A DNA stretch of 63,071 nt, filler included, from Reticulomyxa filosa (lineage: Eukaryota > Protista > Foraminifera), in NCBI GenBank assembly GCA_000512085.1. It is 24 parts of 24 records of this genome, joined end to end, with 100 filler letters (N's around TTAATTAATTAA, not from the genome) between each part and the next. Parts side by side here need not be neighbours in the genome. Positions count along the whole stretch, not along the records: positions 48,939 to 52,123 come from ASPP01021605.1; positions 52,224 to 56,245 come from ASPP01027547.1; positions 56,346 to 58,698 come from ASPP01005833.1; positions 58,799 to 61,904 come from ASPP01020348.1; positions 62,005 to 63,071 come from ASPP01049544.1; 19 more parts are not named here. One strand, 5' to 3'. Made by a program: the position numbers and the translations under genes. Below are positions 50,160 to 63,071 of the stretch, piece after piece; positions within the stretch are counted from its first letter, which is position 1; every line of letters begins with the position of its first letter. Below the pieces are notes generated by a model that did not search any database, had not been told where the DNA came from, and saw nothing but the letters and a program-made list of their open reading frames with translations.

Positions 50160-51200
50160 AATGAATGAAAAAGACAAAAATTGGGGAAAACAAAGCTGGG
50201 AATCAATCAATCTGCAAGGATATTGTACCGATGAAACTTGTTTGGTATCAAAAGTCAAATTAACAGTATGGATGAATATTGGATTTGATCATATTAATTC
50301 ATTTCAATTATCCTGATTGTAAATTTGATACGTCTTATAATTCTAAACATTCTATTTCTTGCAAGTAATGATTCTATACCTTGTGAAACTATTAAGTTTA
50401 AAAGGAAGTAAAAGATCATTGGAAAAAGACTCAAGCAGATTATGGTGGTGCTTTTAATCAAGCACTATATATTATTACAATCGTATGGAAAAAGGCAGAA
50501 CAATTCAACTTGATTGTATCTGAAGATAAAGACTTCTTTGATAAACAATCATAGTATTAAATTATATGATTCCAAAACATGATGTGAGTTTACAACATTG
50601 GAAAGATATACTGTCATTGAAAATCAAAAATTAAGTCATTTATTCTACACACATGTTTTGGCATGAAAACCTAATAATCAAATGGAAGAAGAAGTAAGAC
50701 AAGTGATGAAACATTGACCAAAATTAATGATATAATCTGTGAATGAACTGATGCGAAAGAGATCAAAAAGACTTCGTCACAAATCATTCAGAAATTTAAG
50801 TATTGAAACCGCCACAATTAAAAGGAATAAATGAAGAATAGACCAATGTTAAAAATGACACCAATCAAAGCTGTTTAAATTTGTTTATGATCAGCTTTGT
50901 AAATTCAATTTAAAGGAAAAGCTATTTATGTAATTTTATTTAAATATTTCAAGAAATATGTGAAACGTATTCGACAATTATCTATCAATTGCAAATTATT
51001 AAATAAAGAATTGGGACACCTTAATTTTTCTGTTTTAATGCTATTCATCGAATTTAATTTGATAAAAAGAAATTATCTAATTAGGACACAATGAACGAGG
51101 TTTCAGATTGACCTCTTATTCTCAACAAGATGTACATTTAAGATATTCGAAAGTTAATTTAATAATAAATATGCTCATGAAATGTCAAATGAAAACTTAT
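50160..51200 (+). pseudogene. Degenerate gene-family copy
   Basis: Remnant GINLQGYCTDETCLVSK..WMNIGF..PDC followed by many stops and frameshifts. Confidence 0.35.
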
Positions 51201-51790
51201 TAGCTCTGTTGTCATGACCAAAGTACATTCTTTCATTATGTAATTATAGAATTTTCGTTTCTTTAAATGCTTTAGACTAAGTTACGTTAAATAACTTAAC
51301 ATATTTAAAAATCAAGTCATACATTTGTCGTTTTTAATAATATGCCATCTGCAGTAATTCACAATTGGATAAAATATTTTTTCAAAGTACATTTATTGAT
51401 CAAAAGAACTGTCCTCACTTTGCTGTCTGCCTTTCGAATTTAGGACACCTTTTCTCTTTCTTATATCTATTGTTGTATTCTTTCAAAAGATTTCAAAATA
51501 TCACGTATTCTTCAAAACAAAAAAGAAATATATGATGAATTACTGCAAAAACAATCGTGTTTCATTCTATGCAAAAGATACAATACTTGAAATATCTTGT
51601 AATTCATTTGATATTTGAATACAATTTTTATGTATTACAATTTTTAATTCTTCAAAAAAAATTGAACGAAGCTTTTTCAATTTTTTAACAACACACTAAG
51701 ATAAAACACATCTTTCAATGCTTGCATTCAATCAAATCAAAAAAGTTTAATATGACCTACTTTTCTATTTATTATTCGACAAAAAGTAAA

Positions 51791-52123
51791 TTATCCCCAA
51801 ATACGAATGGGACCATTGACTGAACCATAACACAAATTCCAATCATATTTGACATCCTTTGTCTTGTCTTTCTTTTTTAATCCAATAAATTTAAGACAAT
51901 ATATTCCAAAATCTTCGTTCTCATCTCCTTTGATCATATACAATTGCTTCTTATTTGATCGAATATCCCAAAAACGAATTGTATTATCTTCTGATCCAGA
52001 ACATATCACATTTGAATTACCAATAATATTCTTTATCACAAATGGTGAATATTCAACAGCATACACGTAGCTTGTATGTCCATTGAACACTTGAATTTGT
52101 TTACCAGATCGAATATCCCACAA
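51791..52123 (-). CDS. WD40-repeat protein, 3' end
   Basis: LWDIRSGKQIQVFNGHTSYVYAVEYSPF..ICSGSEDNTIRFWDIR..GPIRIWG*. Confidence 0.9.
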   Translation of the reverse strand: MWDIRSGKQIQVFNGHTSYVYAVEYSPFVIKNIIGNSNVICSGSEDNTIRFWDIRSNKKQLYMIKGDENEDFGIYCLKFIGLKKKDKTKDVKYDWNLCYGSVNGPIRIWG

Positions 52124-52714
52124 NNNNNNNNNNNNNNNNNNNNNNNNNNNNNNNNNNNNNNNNNNNNTTAATTAATTAANNNNNNNNNNNNNNNNNNNNN
52201 NNNNNNNNNNNNNNNNNNNNNNNTTGAATGAAACAAACAAACGAAATATAATCTTAAAACAGCAATTAATATGCTTTGTTTTTTATTTTCATTTCGCACA
52301 AACAAATCATTCACTACATAACAAAAATCAAAAGATAATTGTGGTGTTCATTTATTTTACGGTTCAAGGAATGGGCAAATTCGTGTTTGGTGATGGATAT
52401 GTGTGAATGAAGTTTTATTTTGATTCTCATTTTTTAATTTATTCAGTTTGTACTAAAACTGAATTTTGGTATTTGATACTTTTGAAGAAAGCAGAAATGT
52501 GTATCAATTACAAAGAATATAAACACTAATACAAATGAAACGTTTTTTGGAAAACACAAATGCAAATCTTTCAAACGGCTTTGCATAAAAAGTTGATTTT
52601 ATGATAGCGATAAACTCATATCTTAAATCTATATTACTTTGAATTTTTCGCAAACAACGCAAAGATCATATTTTCAAATTTTGATCACAAATCACAGACA
52701 ATTAATATAATAAC

Positions 52715-52979
52715 AGGACATAACGATTATGTGAATAGTATAAAATATGGATCAAATGAATTATTAAATACAATATTATCTGGATCATCTGATAAAAGTA
52801 TTCGTTTTTGGGATATTCGATCAAATAAGAAAGAATTGTATGTGATCAAAGGAATCGATAAAAATGATGAGATAACATGTCTTACATTTTCACAATCAAA
52901 AGAAAGAAAGGAGAATTGTTGCAATGGTATTAATCTATATTATGGTTCAACCAATGTCTCTATTTGTATTTGGGGATAA
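52715..52979 (+). pseudogene. WD40-repeat family fragment
   Basis: GHNDYVNSIKYGSNELLNTILSGSSDKSIRFWDIRSNKKEL..ICIWG* with no intact upstream repeats. Confidence 0.7.
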
Positions 52980-53189
52980 CAAAATTTTTTTGATTGTTTT
53001 TTTTTTTAAAGAACCTGGCTCTTGAGATGATTTAATTCTTTTGTTTTTACAGTATATGTTCTTTTTGGAATAATAATTAATTATTTTTAAAAATTCAAGT
53101 GAAAAGCTGAGATCAATGATAAGTTTCATTTCAACACACTCTTTAAAAAGGCAAATATTAAATTAGAATTGGTCAATTATGTTATGTTT

Positions 53190-53590
53190 TTTTCTGGATC
53201 ATACAATGAAACAATTCGAATATGGGATATTGAAACAATAATTTAATGGACATGATAATGATGTAATGAGTATAAAATATGGATCAAATGAATTTGGAAA
53301 TGCAATATTATCTGGATCAGATGATAAAAGTGTTCGTTTATGGGATATTCGATCTGATGAATAAATCCAAATGTTCAATGAATATTTACCATTTATAGTA
53401 AATGGTGATGACAAAGTTAGTGATGTATTCTGGATCAAGTGTAAAATAATTTGTTTCTGGGATATTCGAAGAATTGTATGTGGTATAGTATACTATCTCA
53501 AATTTCTACAATTAAGAAAAAAGGGAAAGAAAAGTAATATCAATGATAATATTGGTTGTAATATTAATCTGTATTTTGGTGGGAATAGTA
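53190..53590 (+). pseudogene. WD40-repeat family degenerate copy
   Basis: SGSYNETIRIWDIET, FNGHDNDVMSIKYGS, LSGSDDKSVRLWDIRS, interrupted by stops and deletions. Confidence 0.75.
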
Positions 53591-54469
53591 CCACCTTTTT
53601 GACAATCAAACTTTTCAAATTTGATTTTTTTTGGAATGAATTAAATACAGTAAATTTGTTTAAAAATCATCCATTTGTTATCATAATGTTTGGTGGAATC
53701 AAAGAAAACAAAAAGATAATTGAAAATTGTAGAATTTTTTTCTCGCTCATTCTGCAAATATAAAGCAAGAAACAAAAATAAGATACTTTAATCTTTTTCC
53801 TTTTTATCCAAAGTAAGCTATTTTGAAGCAAATAAATGAATTTCCATTTATTTGAAGTGCTTTTACACATGATTTATACAAGAGTTATCCACTTGTTTCT
53901 CATTAAATTTCGCTAATATTGTTGTTCCACATGAATTTCAAATATCATAGAAAATTCAAAACATAAAAATGGCATTTAAAAAAAAACAAGAATTAATCAA
54001 AGTTATTGTCGATTTATCAAATTGATCTTCATAAAGTCACTTTTCTCTCATTGGTGCGTATTATTAAGGAAATTGATGAGAGGATATTACTTTGATTATA
54101 GCATGTTCAAATATGCCTAAAAAAAAAACATATTGTCAATATTTAATTGATTTTAAAATCTATTTAATTAATACTAAATCCATACAAAATAAAAACAGAA
54201 AAGTTCAAGGTATTTCACTCCAGTTCGTAAAAGAGTTTTTCAAAGAAGGATTGGAAGTATTAATCTTAATGAAAAATCCTCAATGGAACAACTTCAAGAC
54301 AACTTTAGCACAATTGAAAAAGATATTGTTTCAAAAATCTGGAACTTGTGCAAAGGAAATTTTAATGAAGCAACTGTGATCCTAAGCTCCATCAAAGAGA
54401 ATAAGTTAAACCTAACACAACATACAGCAATAAAATTATTCAAATATCCTTTCTCGAACTAATACATCA

Positions 54470-56245
54470 ATTATAGAACAAATCCTCAACAAGGATTACA
54501 TTTAGTGAGATTACTAGAAGAATATGGTAATAAAATGGACAAAATAACTATTTTGGAAACATGGAAACAATGTAATCAAATTTATTTTGATACATTAATA
54601 AAATTAATGAATATTTCTTACGCTCACAACACCAATAAGTTAAAAATTTTAAAGATTACCAAAAATGAGAGTGTGTTTGTGATTGTATGTATATTGAATA
54701 GAATGGAGGAAAATAATGAATTGAAAATAATGAGAGAAATGTGTCTACACATATTATGGAATATCATATCTTATCCAAAAACTATTAAATATCGTCAAAT
54801 CAATACAAATTCATTGTATCAAATTTTAAAACGAAAATGTTATCAATTCAATGTTAATGTAGATTCATTATTTGAAAAGATGCAATCATTTTTAAAAGGA
54901 TGTGGATTCCAAAAAGAAAATAATGATTGGTATTATTATTTTATTAAATATAATGATCAATGGTCACTGTTGTGGGGACGTTATATAACATGGATTGAAC
55001 AACAGCCAATGTATTTTTTTTTTTTTTTTTAATATTTGAATTGCTTTATTTACAAATATTTACAAATATTTACAAATAACTTATGAAATATATAGATACA
55101 AAACAAGAATAGATATTCCAAAAATAACGTGTATGTTATCAAATGGAAAATGGAAAGAATATGTAATTTTATTTGATTATGAATATCGAAGGATTGTATT
55201 ATTGGATGCAAATAAAGTAGTTAAGTCTAAAAAAATAAAATTAAAAACGTTACATGTTGGAAATCCAAAAAAATCGTCATTTGAATTCAATGTTCATATT
55301 GAATGGTATAATGATTGTCCTAAAACTGAGATAAATTCTATTAAATACTGTAATCTCATTCTTAATTATTCTTGGCATTTCCGCACAATGAACGATAGTG
55401 ATAGAGATTATTTATCAAATTATTGTTCAGTTAATGATTTCACACCAAAAAAATTGATAAAATAAATTTCAATTTGTAAATTGTTTTGATATTCATTTAT
55501 GAACAGGAATTCAATTCATTTCAAGTTATTTGGAAAAAATATTTTCAACATATAAGATGCCATTGAATCCTTATTCAATCACTCTAAAACAAGGACTTGA
55601 ATATTTCAAACATCAATTACAAATAAGACAAGAATCTATGAATGGAGAGGATGAATTTATAAAATTGGAATATAATTGTAATAAATGTAAACCACAAATT
55701 TCATCAAATATAAATGAAAATGTGTTATTAAATAATATTTACAGATATTTTCCTCATTATCCAAATATACAAGTTTATTGGGCAATAGATTGCATATCTA
55801 TGGTGTCTTACAAACACACAATTAGGATTGAAAGGACAAACATACCAAAAAACCTTCCAATTGAAGATAATATTATTTCATCAAATCAAAAAACTACATT
55901 CAATCCATTATTGTATGAATGTGATATTCACAAACTTAAAACTATTCAAGATAATATACTTTTGAATAAAGAGACAAGTGACAGTTTTTTGAAATCACTT
56001 TTGCATGAAGTAATCAACAATGAGCACTTGCTTGATCTAATCCCTGAAAAGCCTCGATCAATAGGTGAAGAAGCAATCAAACAACAAATTAATTACAATG
56101 AAAAAAATGCAAATGAATTGATATTAAATGAAAACATATTAACAATATTAAATGAATTGAAGATATTGTATCATAACGATATTCATAAACAAATGGGATA
56201 TCCACTTGAATTACATCAAATTTGTGCAGTATTATTATATTGTGG
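54470..56245 (+). CDS. PUB-domain protein of an expanded family (multi-exon, 3' truncated)
   Basis: PUB-like CLHILWNIISYPKTIKYRQINTNSL..FLKGCGF; ends at HKQMGYPLELHQICAVLLYCG. Confidence 0.65.
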
Positions 56246-56399
56246 NNNNNNNNNNNNNNNNNNNNNNNNNNNNNNNNNNNNNNNNNNNNTTAATTAATTA
56301 ANNNNNNNNNNNNNNNNNNNNNNNNNNNNNNNNNNNNNNNNNNNNATTTTTGTTTTGATGTTTCAGCTATTTTTCTCTGTGTGAATGAAGATTATTGCT

Positions 56400-57640
56400 T
56401 TGGCGTTTTTTGATATGATCTCTGAGTCGCAAGAGTACGTACAACACTCCATCGTTGTTGTTTACGCTTTTTCTATGAAGATTAAAATACGTACATATAT
56501 GCTCATAACAAAAGATAAGGATGACTTACATTTTCAAATCGATTTTTTCTCCTCCTTTTTTTTTAACTTTGTCATTCCAATTTTTATCAAAGCCATTAGA
56601 CTGTGTCTTGTTTTTAAAGTAATCTTCCATCATTTTGTTGAAAGTTGCTTCGTCTCTCATTTTGAATCCATCCATTGCGTCCTCATTGCATTCTTTTAAT
56701 TGTTCATTCCAATGATTTTTGTTCTACCCCCCCCCCCCCACCACCCAATTTAAACAAAAAAAAAAGTGATTATTTGTGATTTTGTTTTTTTTCAATCCAT
56801 CCCTTTTGTTTTCTGAATTTGATGGAAATCCCAACTTCAATGAAAGCGGCAACGATTTTTGGCCACACGTTTTTTTTGTCGATATCAACTAACACTTCGA
56901 TAGCATCTTCACTCCATATCAGCAAAGCTCGTTCTGCGACAGAGTGATGTTTGGACTTCATACATTTGACAAGTTGGTCAATGACCGCCAACAAGATTCC
57001 TTTGTACTCTTGGATATTGAATCCATTTTTATGATTGACCATTGCATTGATGACATTAACCACTTCTGCGATGAACATTTCTTCTTTTGTGGGCGATTGG
57101 ATTGGCCAATACTTGATTTCGTTATTGTTTCAAGTTATATTTTTATTAAATGTGTTATAAAAAATAAATTCTTTTTTGTTAGAAAAAAAAAAAAAAAAAA
57201 GAAAGTAAAACTCGAAGCAGTCCTCCTAAGATAATTGGACCGATAGCAGGATCTTTAAAGACAAATTGGACACAACAAGCGACCAATTGTTCATGAAATT
57301 TCTCCAATTTTCGGCACTTGTGCAATGGAATCAATACATTTCGTAAGAAATCTTTGTGTTCTTCTTTGACAGGTATGCTGAATCCATGAATAACACTGCA
57401 AAATATTTCCAAAAATTCGGCGATTCCAGTTTCGGAGCGGTCGCCCTCATAGACAATACGATGACACGCGTTTGCAATTGAGTTACGGATTGATATACGC
57501 ATTGGCATGAATCTTCCATAAATGCGATGCATTATGGTTTTCAGGTAGTCTCGTTCGCGGATGTCTTCAGAGCCAAATAATTCAATCAAGCTGTTTACAA
57601 ACTTTCCTTCCAAGTGTCTTCGCATTATCTAAGTGTATGC

Positions 57641-57686
<46 letters not shown>

Positions 57687-58620
57687 TACAATAAGTGTAC
57701 AGAGGGAGAGTATAGGGTACATTGAGTTTATACATTACATAAAAGCGACCGGAACAAAGTAGTGCGTGTTTATATATTATGTGTATATGTGTGTATGAAA
57801 TACCTTTTTGTCAATATCTGTGCACACGACTAATCGCAAAGCTAAGTCATACACCAATTGCAAGTGTGGCCAAGAGGGATCTTCGAAAGGTTCTTCTTCC
57901 CCCTCCAAATGCTTTTTCGATCGAGGCAAAGAGCGAAACAAGTTTTTGCTAATAGTAATCATGCATTGCTGCAACACCGGTTCTGAGTACCAAGCAAATT
58001 TTGACACATAATCTAATATTTCCGTTAACATTGTCTTTTTTTTTTCGATTCCTTTGATTTGCCAGACATTCTTTTAATATATATATATGTATATGTATAT
58101 GTATATATTTTTTCCCAAAGGTCATAAAAAATAACAATATATTGTCGATTATGAGTCAGTACACCCCCCTTTGGCATAAATAAAAGAATACAAGTGATAC
58201 CGTGGATTGAAAGTCAAACATGACACAACAATATCTGAGCTTGGCAATAAGTGCGTCATTTCTTTTGTCAATGGAAGCTACTTCACTGAGCAAAGGCATT
58301 TTGGCACGAATCAACGCCTTTTGGTCGACAGTCAAGGCGTCGAAGGAATCCTTGGTTTCCACAACATTTTCATCGCCACTGGCCACGCCACTCTGCGGCA
58401 AGTCCGTGCTGCTGTACTGATGGCCGAGAGGGGACAGCCGAGGGGAGAGTGAAGGAGATGTGGTCGTGTAGTACCCTGCATTATTTCCATTGTTCTCCGC
58501 CCCAGGTGAGGCTGGAGATAATCGAGGAGAAAGAGTTATTTCCACGCGTGGCGCTTCTTTATCCGTCAACGGTAAGAAATTGCTTAATGGAATTTTTTCT
58601 CGTAATTTTGTTTTGCCTGA
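56400..58620 (-). CDS. Protein phosphatase 2A regulatory subunit B56 (B')
   Basis: KLRYCCVMFDF, NLFRSLP, EDPSWPHLQLVY, LFGSEDIRERDYLKTIMHRIYGRF, LIPLHK, YWPI..KEEMF, SKHHSVAERAL, HWN. Confidence 0.95.
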
Positions 58621-58835
58621 GTTTTTATAAAAATAAAATATTTTTTTTTTTTTTTTAGTAAAATTGAAAACCAAAAAAAAAAAAAAAAAAAAAAAAAANN
58701 NNNNNNNNNNNNNNNNNNNNNNNNNNNNNNNNNNNNNNNNNNTTAATTAATTAANNNNNNNNNNNNNNNNNNNNNNNNNNNNNNNNNNNNNNNNNNNNTT
58801 TTTTTTTTTTTTTTTTTGTTGGTATGATTTTTTTT

Positions 58836-61023
58836 TTAAAAAAATGCATTTAACAAACCAGAAGGCGCAAGAGTGGAGGAAAGGGGATCTGCTTGTCCCA
58901 TGGACTTTGGCAAGATTGGAATGATATCATCCAATTGCATTTGGTAGAATAACAAGTTTTGAAGCGCAAACGGCTGAGTGGGAGTAACGGGAGAAGCGTC
59001 GGTGACATAGTGATAGGGCGTGGAGGAAGCACTTTTTTGGACGATATGTTCTTGGATTGACGACTCGATCAAGTCCACGCATTTTTTTTTGCGAGCTTCG
59101 TTATTGCGCCATAACTTGCGATTCATCCTCGGCTCGTGCTTTTGCACCATCATCCCTTCCGCCTTGGTGTGCACGGCACTACATGCATACAACGCTTCCA
59201 CCACATCCTTGTCCAACTGATTCAACTCACTGCTTTTTTGCTCGATCTTGTCCTGCAACTCTTTCACCAACTGTGTTTGGCGCGACTTTAACAACTGTTG
59301 CAAATATTCAAATTCCTCGCGAATTAGTCGTTCGTACAATTTGCCACCAGCTCGAATGGCTTTTTTACAATGTTGTAAGGTATACATGCATTATATGTTT
59401 TGATAAAGTATATAAAGTATATAAAGTATATATGTATAATGTATATATAAACCTAGGTCTCTTTGTTTAATAGATTCTCGAATAGCATTCAATTGATAGA
59501 TAACCGAATCCATTCGGGCCAATGCCTGTTGCTCTTCTTCGCTCATGACGACGATCCCAGAACGCCCAGACTTGTTGTCGAGTGCGTCGCTGTGTTTCGA
59601 TTTCTTGCTCTGCGCCGAAGACGGCCTTTGAGCCTCTGCTTGCAGTTCGCTTACGGCATTGATGAACAGCCTTCGCTGAATAATTGTGAAACCAATCTCC
59701 GCGCTCAAATCATAGCAGTCGGGATTGATGGCGAGGACAGTCAGATCCTTGTAAGGACTGTATATTCCATTGCGATTCAACACCTCCACGCATTTGTATC
59801 CCAAACTGTCATTGAACCACACATGTCTCGATTTCAGCCATTGCTTCAATGAGTTCTCCTCGCTCCTTTTATCCTCCTCCTTCTCCTTCTCCTTCTCCTC
59901 CTTCTCCTCTTCCTCATCCTCCTTCTCCTCCGCTTCTTTCACACTCTCCTTCTTCTTTTCCTTTGATGCTGTTGAATTGTTTGCAGTGCTTGCATTGTTA
60001 ATATTGCTAGTTTTATTTGTATTGCTTGTGTTATTTATAATACTTGCATTATTTGCAGGAGTACTACTATTGATATTATTAGTGGTAGTAGTATTGTTGT
60101 TGTTATTGGTAGGATTCGTCTTATCCTTGTCTTTGCTTTTGTCTTCATTTTCACTCTTTTCTTTTGTTCCTTCTGTTTTTGTTGATGCAACAAACTTTTC
60201 CTCTTTTCTCGACCCTGTTTCTTTCCTTTTTTTTTTTTTTTTTTGTTGTATTGTCGTGTTGTCGTGTTGTCGTGTTGTAATTTTAATGTCATTTTTCAAT
60301 TCGTCCAAACAAACAATATATTACTTTTTTTTTGTTGTTGTTTTCAAAACCAACCTTTATCATTGCTATTGTTCGAGGTGATCTCGATTTTGTGTTGCTG
60401 TTGCTATTACTGTTACTGCTGTTATTATTGTTATTGGTATTGGTATTAGTATTAGTATTTGTATTTGTATTTGTATTTGTATTTGCATTTGTACTTGCAT
60501 TTGTGTTAGTGTTTGTATTGACATTGACATTTGTATTGGCATTGGTATTACTATTAGTATTAGAATTAGTAGTATTGATATTAGTGTTAGTATTAGCATT
60601 TGTGTTGATATTGGCAATTGTAGTTGCACGTGAATCTGCTGAATCCAAAATAGACTCTTCCGTTCGATTGGTTTGCTTTTCTGTTGGTGTCGGATTACCC
60701 TTCTGAGATGTCCCTTTTGGACTTGACGCAGATGGTGTGTCAAATATCAATTTTTGACGAAGGTTTCCGCTGCTATTGTTATTGCTATTGCTACCGCTAT
60801 TGCCTTTGCTCCCTAGCACTGCACCATCGTAACTTTTGTTTCGCTTCAATCCCACTCCTGTTTCAGGCAGCGTATTTTCAATTTGAATTGGCGGAACCTT
60901 CTGTGATCCTGATCCGAACTCTGTGTGAGAACGAGCTCTTTCCAATTTCCTTGAATCTTCCTTTGACTCATTTGTGCTATTATTTGACGTATTTGCTTTT
61001 AAAGAGAGCAAAGGTCGACTCAT
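58836..61023 (-). CDS. Asn-rich protein with SAM-like domain and coiled coil (multi-exon, 3' truncated)
   Basis: ATG at 61023 (MSRPLLSLK). NT repeats, acidic tract, SAM-like SLKQWLK..LNRNGI..DL..EIGFTIIQRRLFINAV, then B-box C-terminal-like coil. Confidence 0.6.
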
Positions 61024-61286
61024 TAGTTTGACTTCAACAATGATAATCCAAGTCGGTTCAATTTTTTTTTTATTTTTAAAACCCTTCAATTTCAAACGAA
61101 TCGGTTTATAGCTCGCTATCCTCAAAACTCTAATGTATATAAACTTCTTTTGCTGCTGCTTAAAGTACCTAGAAAATAACCAGCAAAGCACTTTTTAACA
61201 TCGTCACTACGTCTTTCCACAGAGGGGACAAACATTTTCCCTCTTTCTGTTGAATGCTTGAGTTTAATCAAGCTTAAATTATAGGG

Positions 61287-61836
61287 ATGAGCAAGAAAGG
61301 ATCTAAAAAAGGCAAGGATGGCGATGGTGCCAGCACAATAACAGATAAAGAGTTAGATCAGGCACTGCTGGCCAATTCGTTAGACCCAAGCAAGCTAACA
61401 ACAAGACAACGTATGAAATTGAAAGTGGAAATGAAGAAGCAGCAACAGAAGCAAAAAGAGGAAGAGTTTTGGATTGTATAACAATTGTGAAACATCAAAA
61501 AGACAAAAAGCAGCTTACACGTCATCAACAAACAAAAGACAGAAGCTAGGATTGAAAAGGGAAGAAAAAGAAGATGATGACGACTACGAGTTTGACAGTG
61601 GCGAGGATAAGGATGACAACAATAACAGCAATGAGAACGATGGCGATACCGACACGAAAGAGGAGAACAAGGAAAAGACAGATAACAAAAAAGCAAGCAA
61701 AAAAAAGGAAAAAGAGACAGGCAAAGAAAAGACAGAACGAATGAGTTGGGGGAAATTTCTGTGGTGGATAGGTATAATCGTGGCAGTGATAGGATCGTTG
61801 ATCATGTTGAAAATGAATCAGGAGCAATATCAATGG
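61287..61836 (+). CDS. Hypothetical membrane protein (5' part; probable homopolymer frameshift near 61470)
   Basis: MSKKGSKKGK..; removing one T from GAGTTTTGG joins ORFs 61287 and 61474. TM segment FLWWIGIIVAVIGSLIML. Confidence 0.55.
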
Positions 61837-63071
61837 TTAACCTTAACAAAAAAAGAGAGAAAGAGGAGTAATAACAATAATAATAATAATAATAATAATA
61901 ATAANNNNNNNNNNNNNNNNNNNNNNNNNNNNNNNNNNNNNNNNNNNNTTAATTAATTAANNNNNNNNNNNNNNNNNNNNNNNNNNNNNNNNNNNNNNNN
62001 NNNNTATTTGACAAGTGACCACGATTGCAATTTTTCTGTTGGTATTAACTGCTTTTTTTTTTTTGCCGACAACACTTTTTTTTTAACTTAAATTATTTTT
62101 TCCAAATCGAATATTCATATAATAATCAGTACATACAAACAAAAAAAAAAGTTTTGTGTGTGGTCCATCATAGAAAATGTTTATCAAATCACAATAGTTT
62201 TTGGCTGGATTGTTCTGCATTGGATTTAGTGATAGAATACTCGACAAAAATCCAAGCAAAAGAATATTGGATAACGTAATGAAACTAATGTGGTATATCG
62301 TCAATCAAAAATGTTTCGAGTTCCTCAAAGAAAATTTAACCAAACACTGCAAAGCGAACGTTATTACACATATTATCAAATTTCCTTGATAAAAGCCACA
62401 AACGTGGAAACTAGAAATAAAGTGGTAAATATTTTTATTATACACACAACTGTCTTTTTATTAATGTCTAAAAAATGTTTATTTTTTTTTTTATTGCAGG
62501 GTATGAAGAACAAAGCAAAGGACCAAGACTGGGTATACATATTGGTAAAGGGCTATACGAGACCATTAGTATTGGAACGTGAAATTGTAATAAGCTTTTT
62601 GAATAAGTAATTGATTCTTCCATTATACTAACACGTATCATACCAAAAAAAATACGTACATACAATAATTATTCAAAAACAATTATGTACGTAACAAAAA
62701 AATTTGTTGTGATTTTGTTTATTTTTTGTAATGTTTCTTTTGATGCAGTTTTTTGTAATTTCTGCAAATATGTGCTTTTTGCTGTTTTTTTAATGTTGCT
62801 TAATGTTGGTGATTTTTATTTTTATCATTTTTTTGTCAAAATTTATAATTGAAAAAAAGTATAAACGTAAAAAAAAATGAACATTCTCAGTCTAACCATA
62901 TACCGGCCAAATTCCACATCAACTTTTTTTTCCTAAAAAATGAAAAATGAATGCTATTGATTATCATGAAGTGTTTTTGAATTTTTTTGATTTGGGTCAT
63001 TTTTTGTGATTTGTGGGTCATTTTTGTTTTTTTTTGAACCAATTTTTAAAAAATTAACCAGTTTTTTTTAA

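Noticed and set aside
30726-61500. Programmed frameshifting or a variant genetic code to explain broken ORFs (31015, 46552, 61470)
   Set aside because: The breaks mostly fall in homopolymers, typical of sequencing error; conserved genes end at standard stops and translate with the standard code.
10158-62004. Regularly recurring TTAATTAATTAA palindrome flanked by Ns, resembling a repeat array or excision signal
   Set aside because: Exactly 100 bp each time with six-frame stops: a scaffolding linker, not biology.
10258-63071. Apparent cluster of signalling and ubiquitin genes (G-alpha, Ras, kinases, F-box, U-box, PUB)
   Set aside because: The genes sit on separate contigs joined artificially, so co-location carries no information.
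62005-63071. Short ORFs on the last contig
   Set aside because: No recognisable domain or consistent exon chain.

Overview
This is AT-rich, intron-containing eukaryotic DNA, not prokaryotic. It is also not one locus: 24 short contigs are joined by 23 artificial 100-bp spacers (N44-TTAATTAATTAA-N44, stops in all six frames), so gene order across spacers means nothing. The style of the expanded WD40, Kelch-like and PUB families and the microsatellite-filled introns suggests a foraminiferan such as Reticulomyxa filosa (inference from recall, not a search). Contents are mostly truncated genes: a >10 kb, 7-exon polycystin-1-like receptor (Cys-rich N-terminus, cationic (RHPT)n stalk, REJ, non-canonical GPS, 5 TM), a tyrosine kinase, a LAMMER/CLK kinase, two G-alpha subunits, an apparently inactive 2OG-Fe(II) oxygenase fused to an F-box, an ankyrin protein, a second F-box protein, an SMC-hinge-like protein, PP2C, kinesin, SAM/U-box, an atypical Ras with a GC-AG intron, a Kelch-like protein, a 2,4-dienoyl-CoA reductase-like SDR, WD40 genes and pseudogenes, a PUB protein and PP2A B56. 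Decayed non-LTR and Tc1/mariner remnants are also present. Several single-base frameshifts suggest assembly indel errors. The best candidates for new biology are the polycystin-1-like receptor, the pseudo-oxygenase/F-box fusion, the pseudo-GTPase Ras and the A-rich 3' splice-site architecture. All domain calls are by-eye motif recognition.
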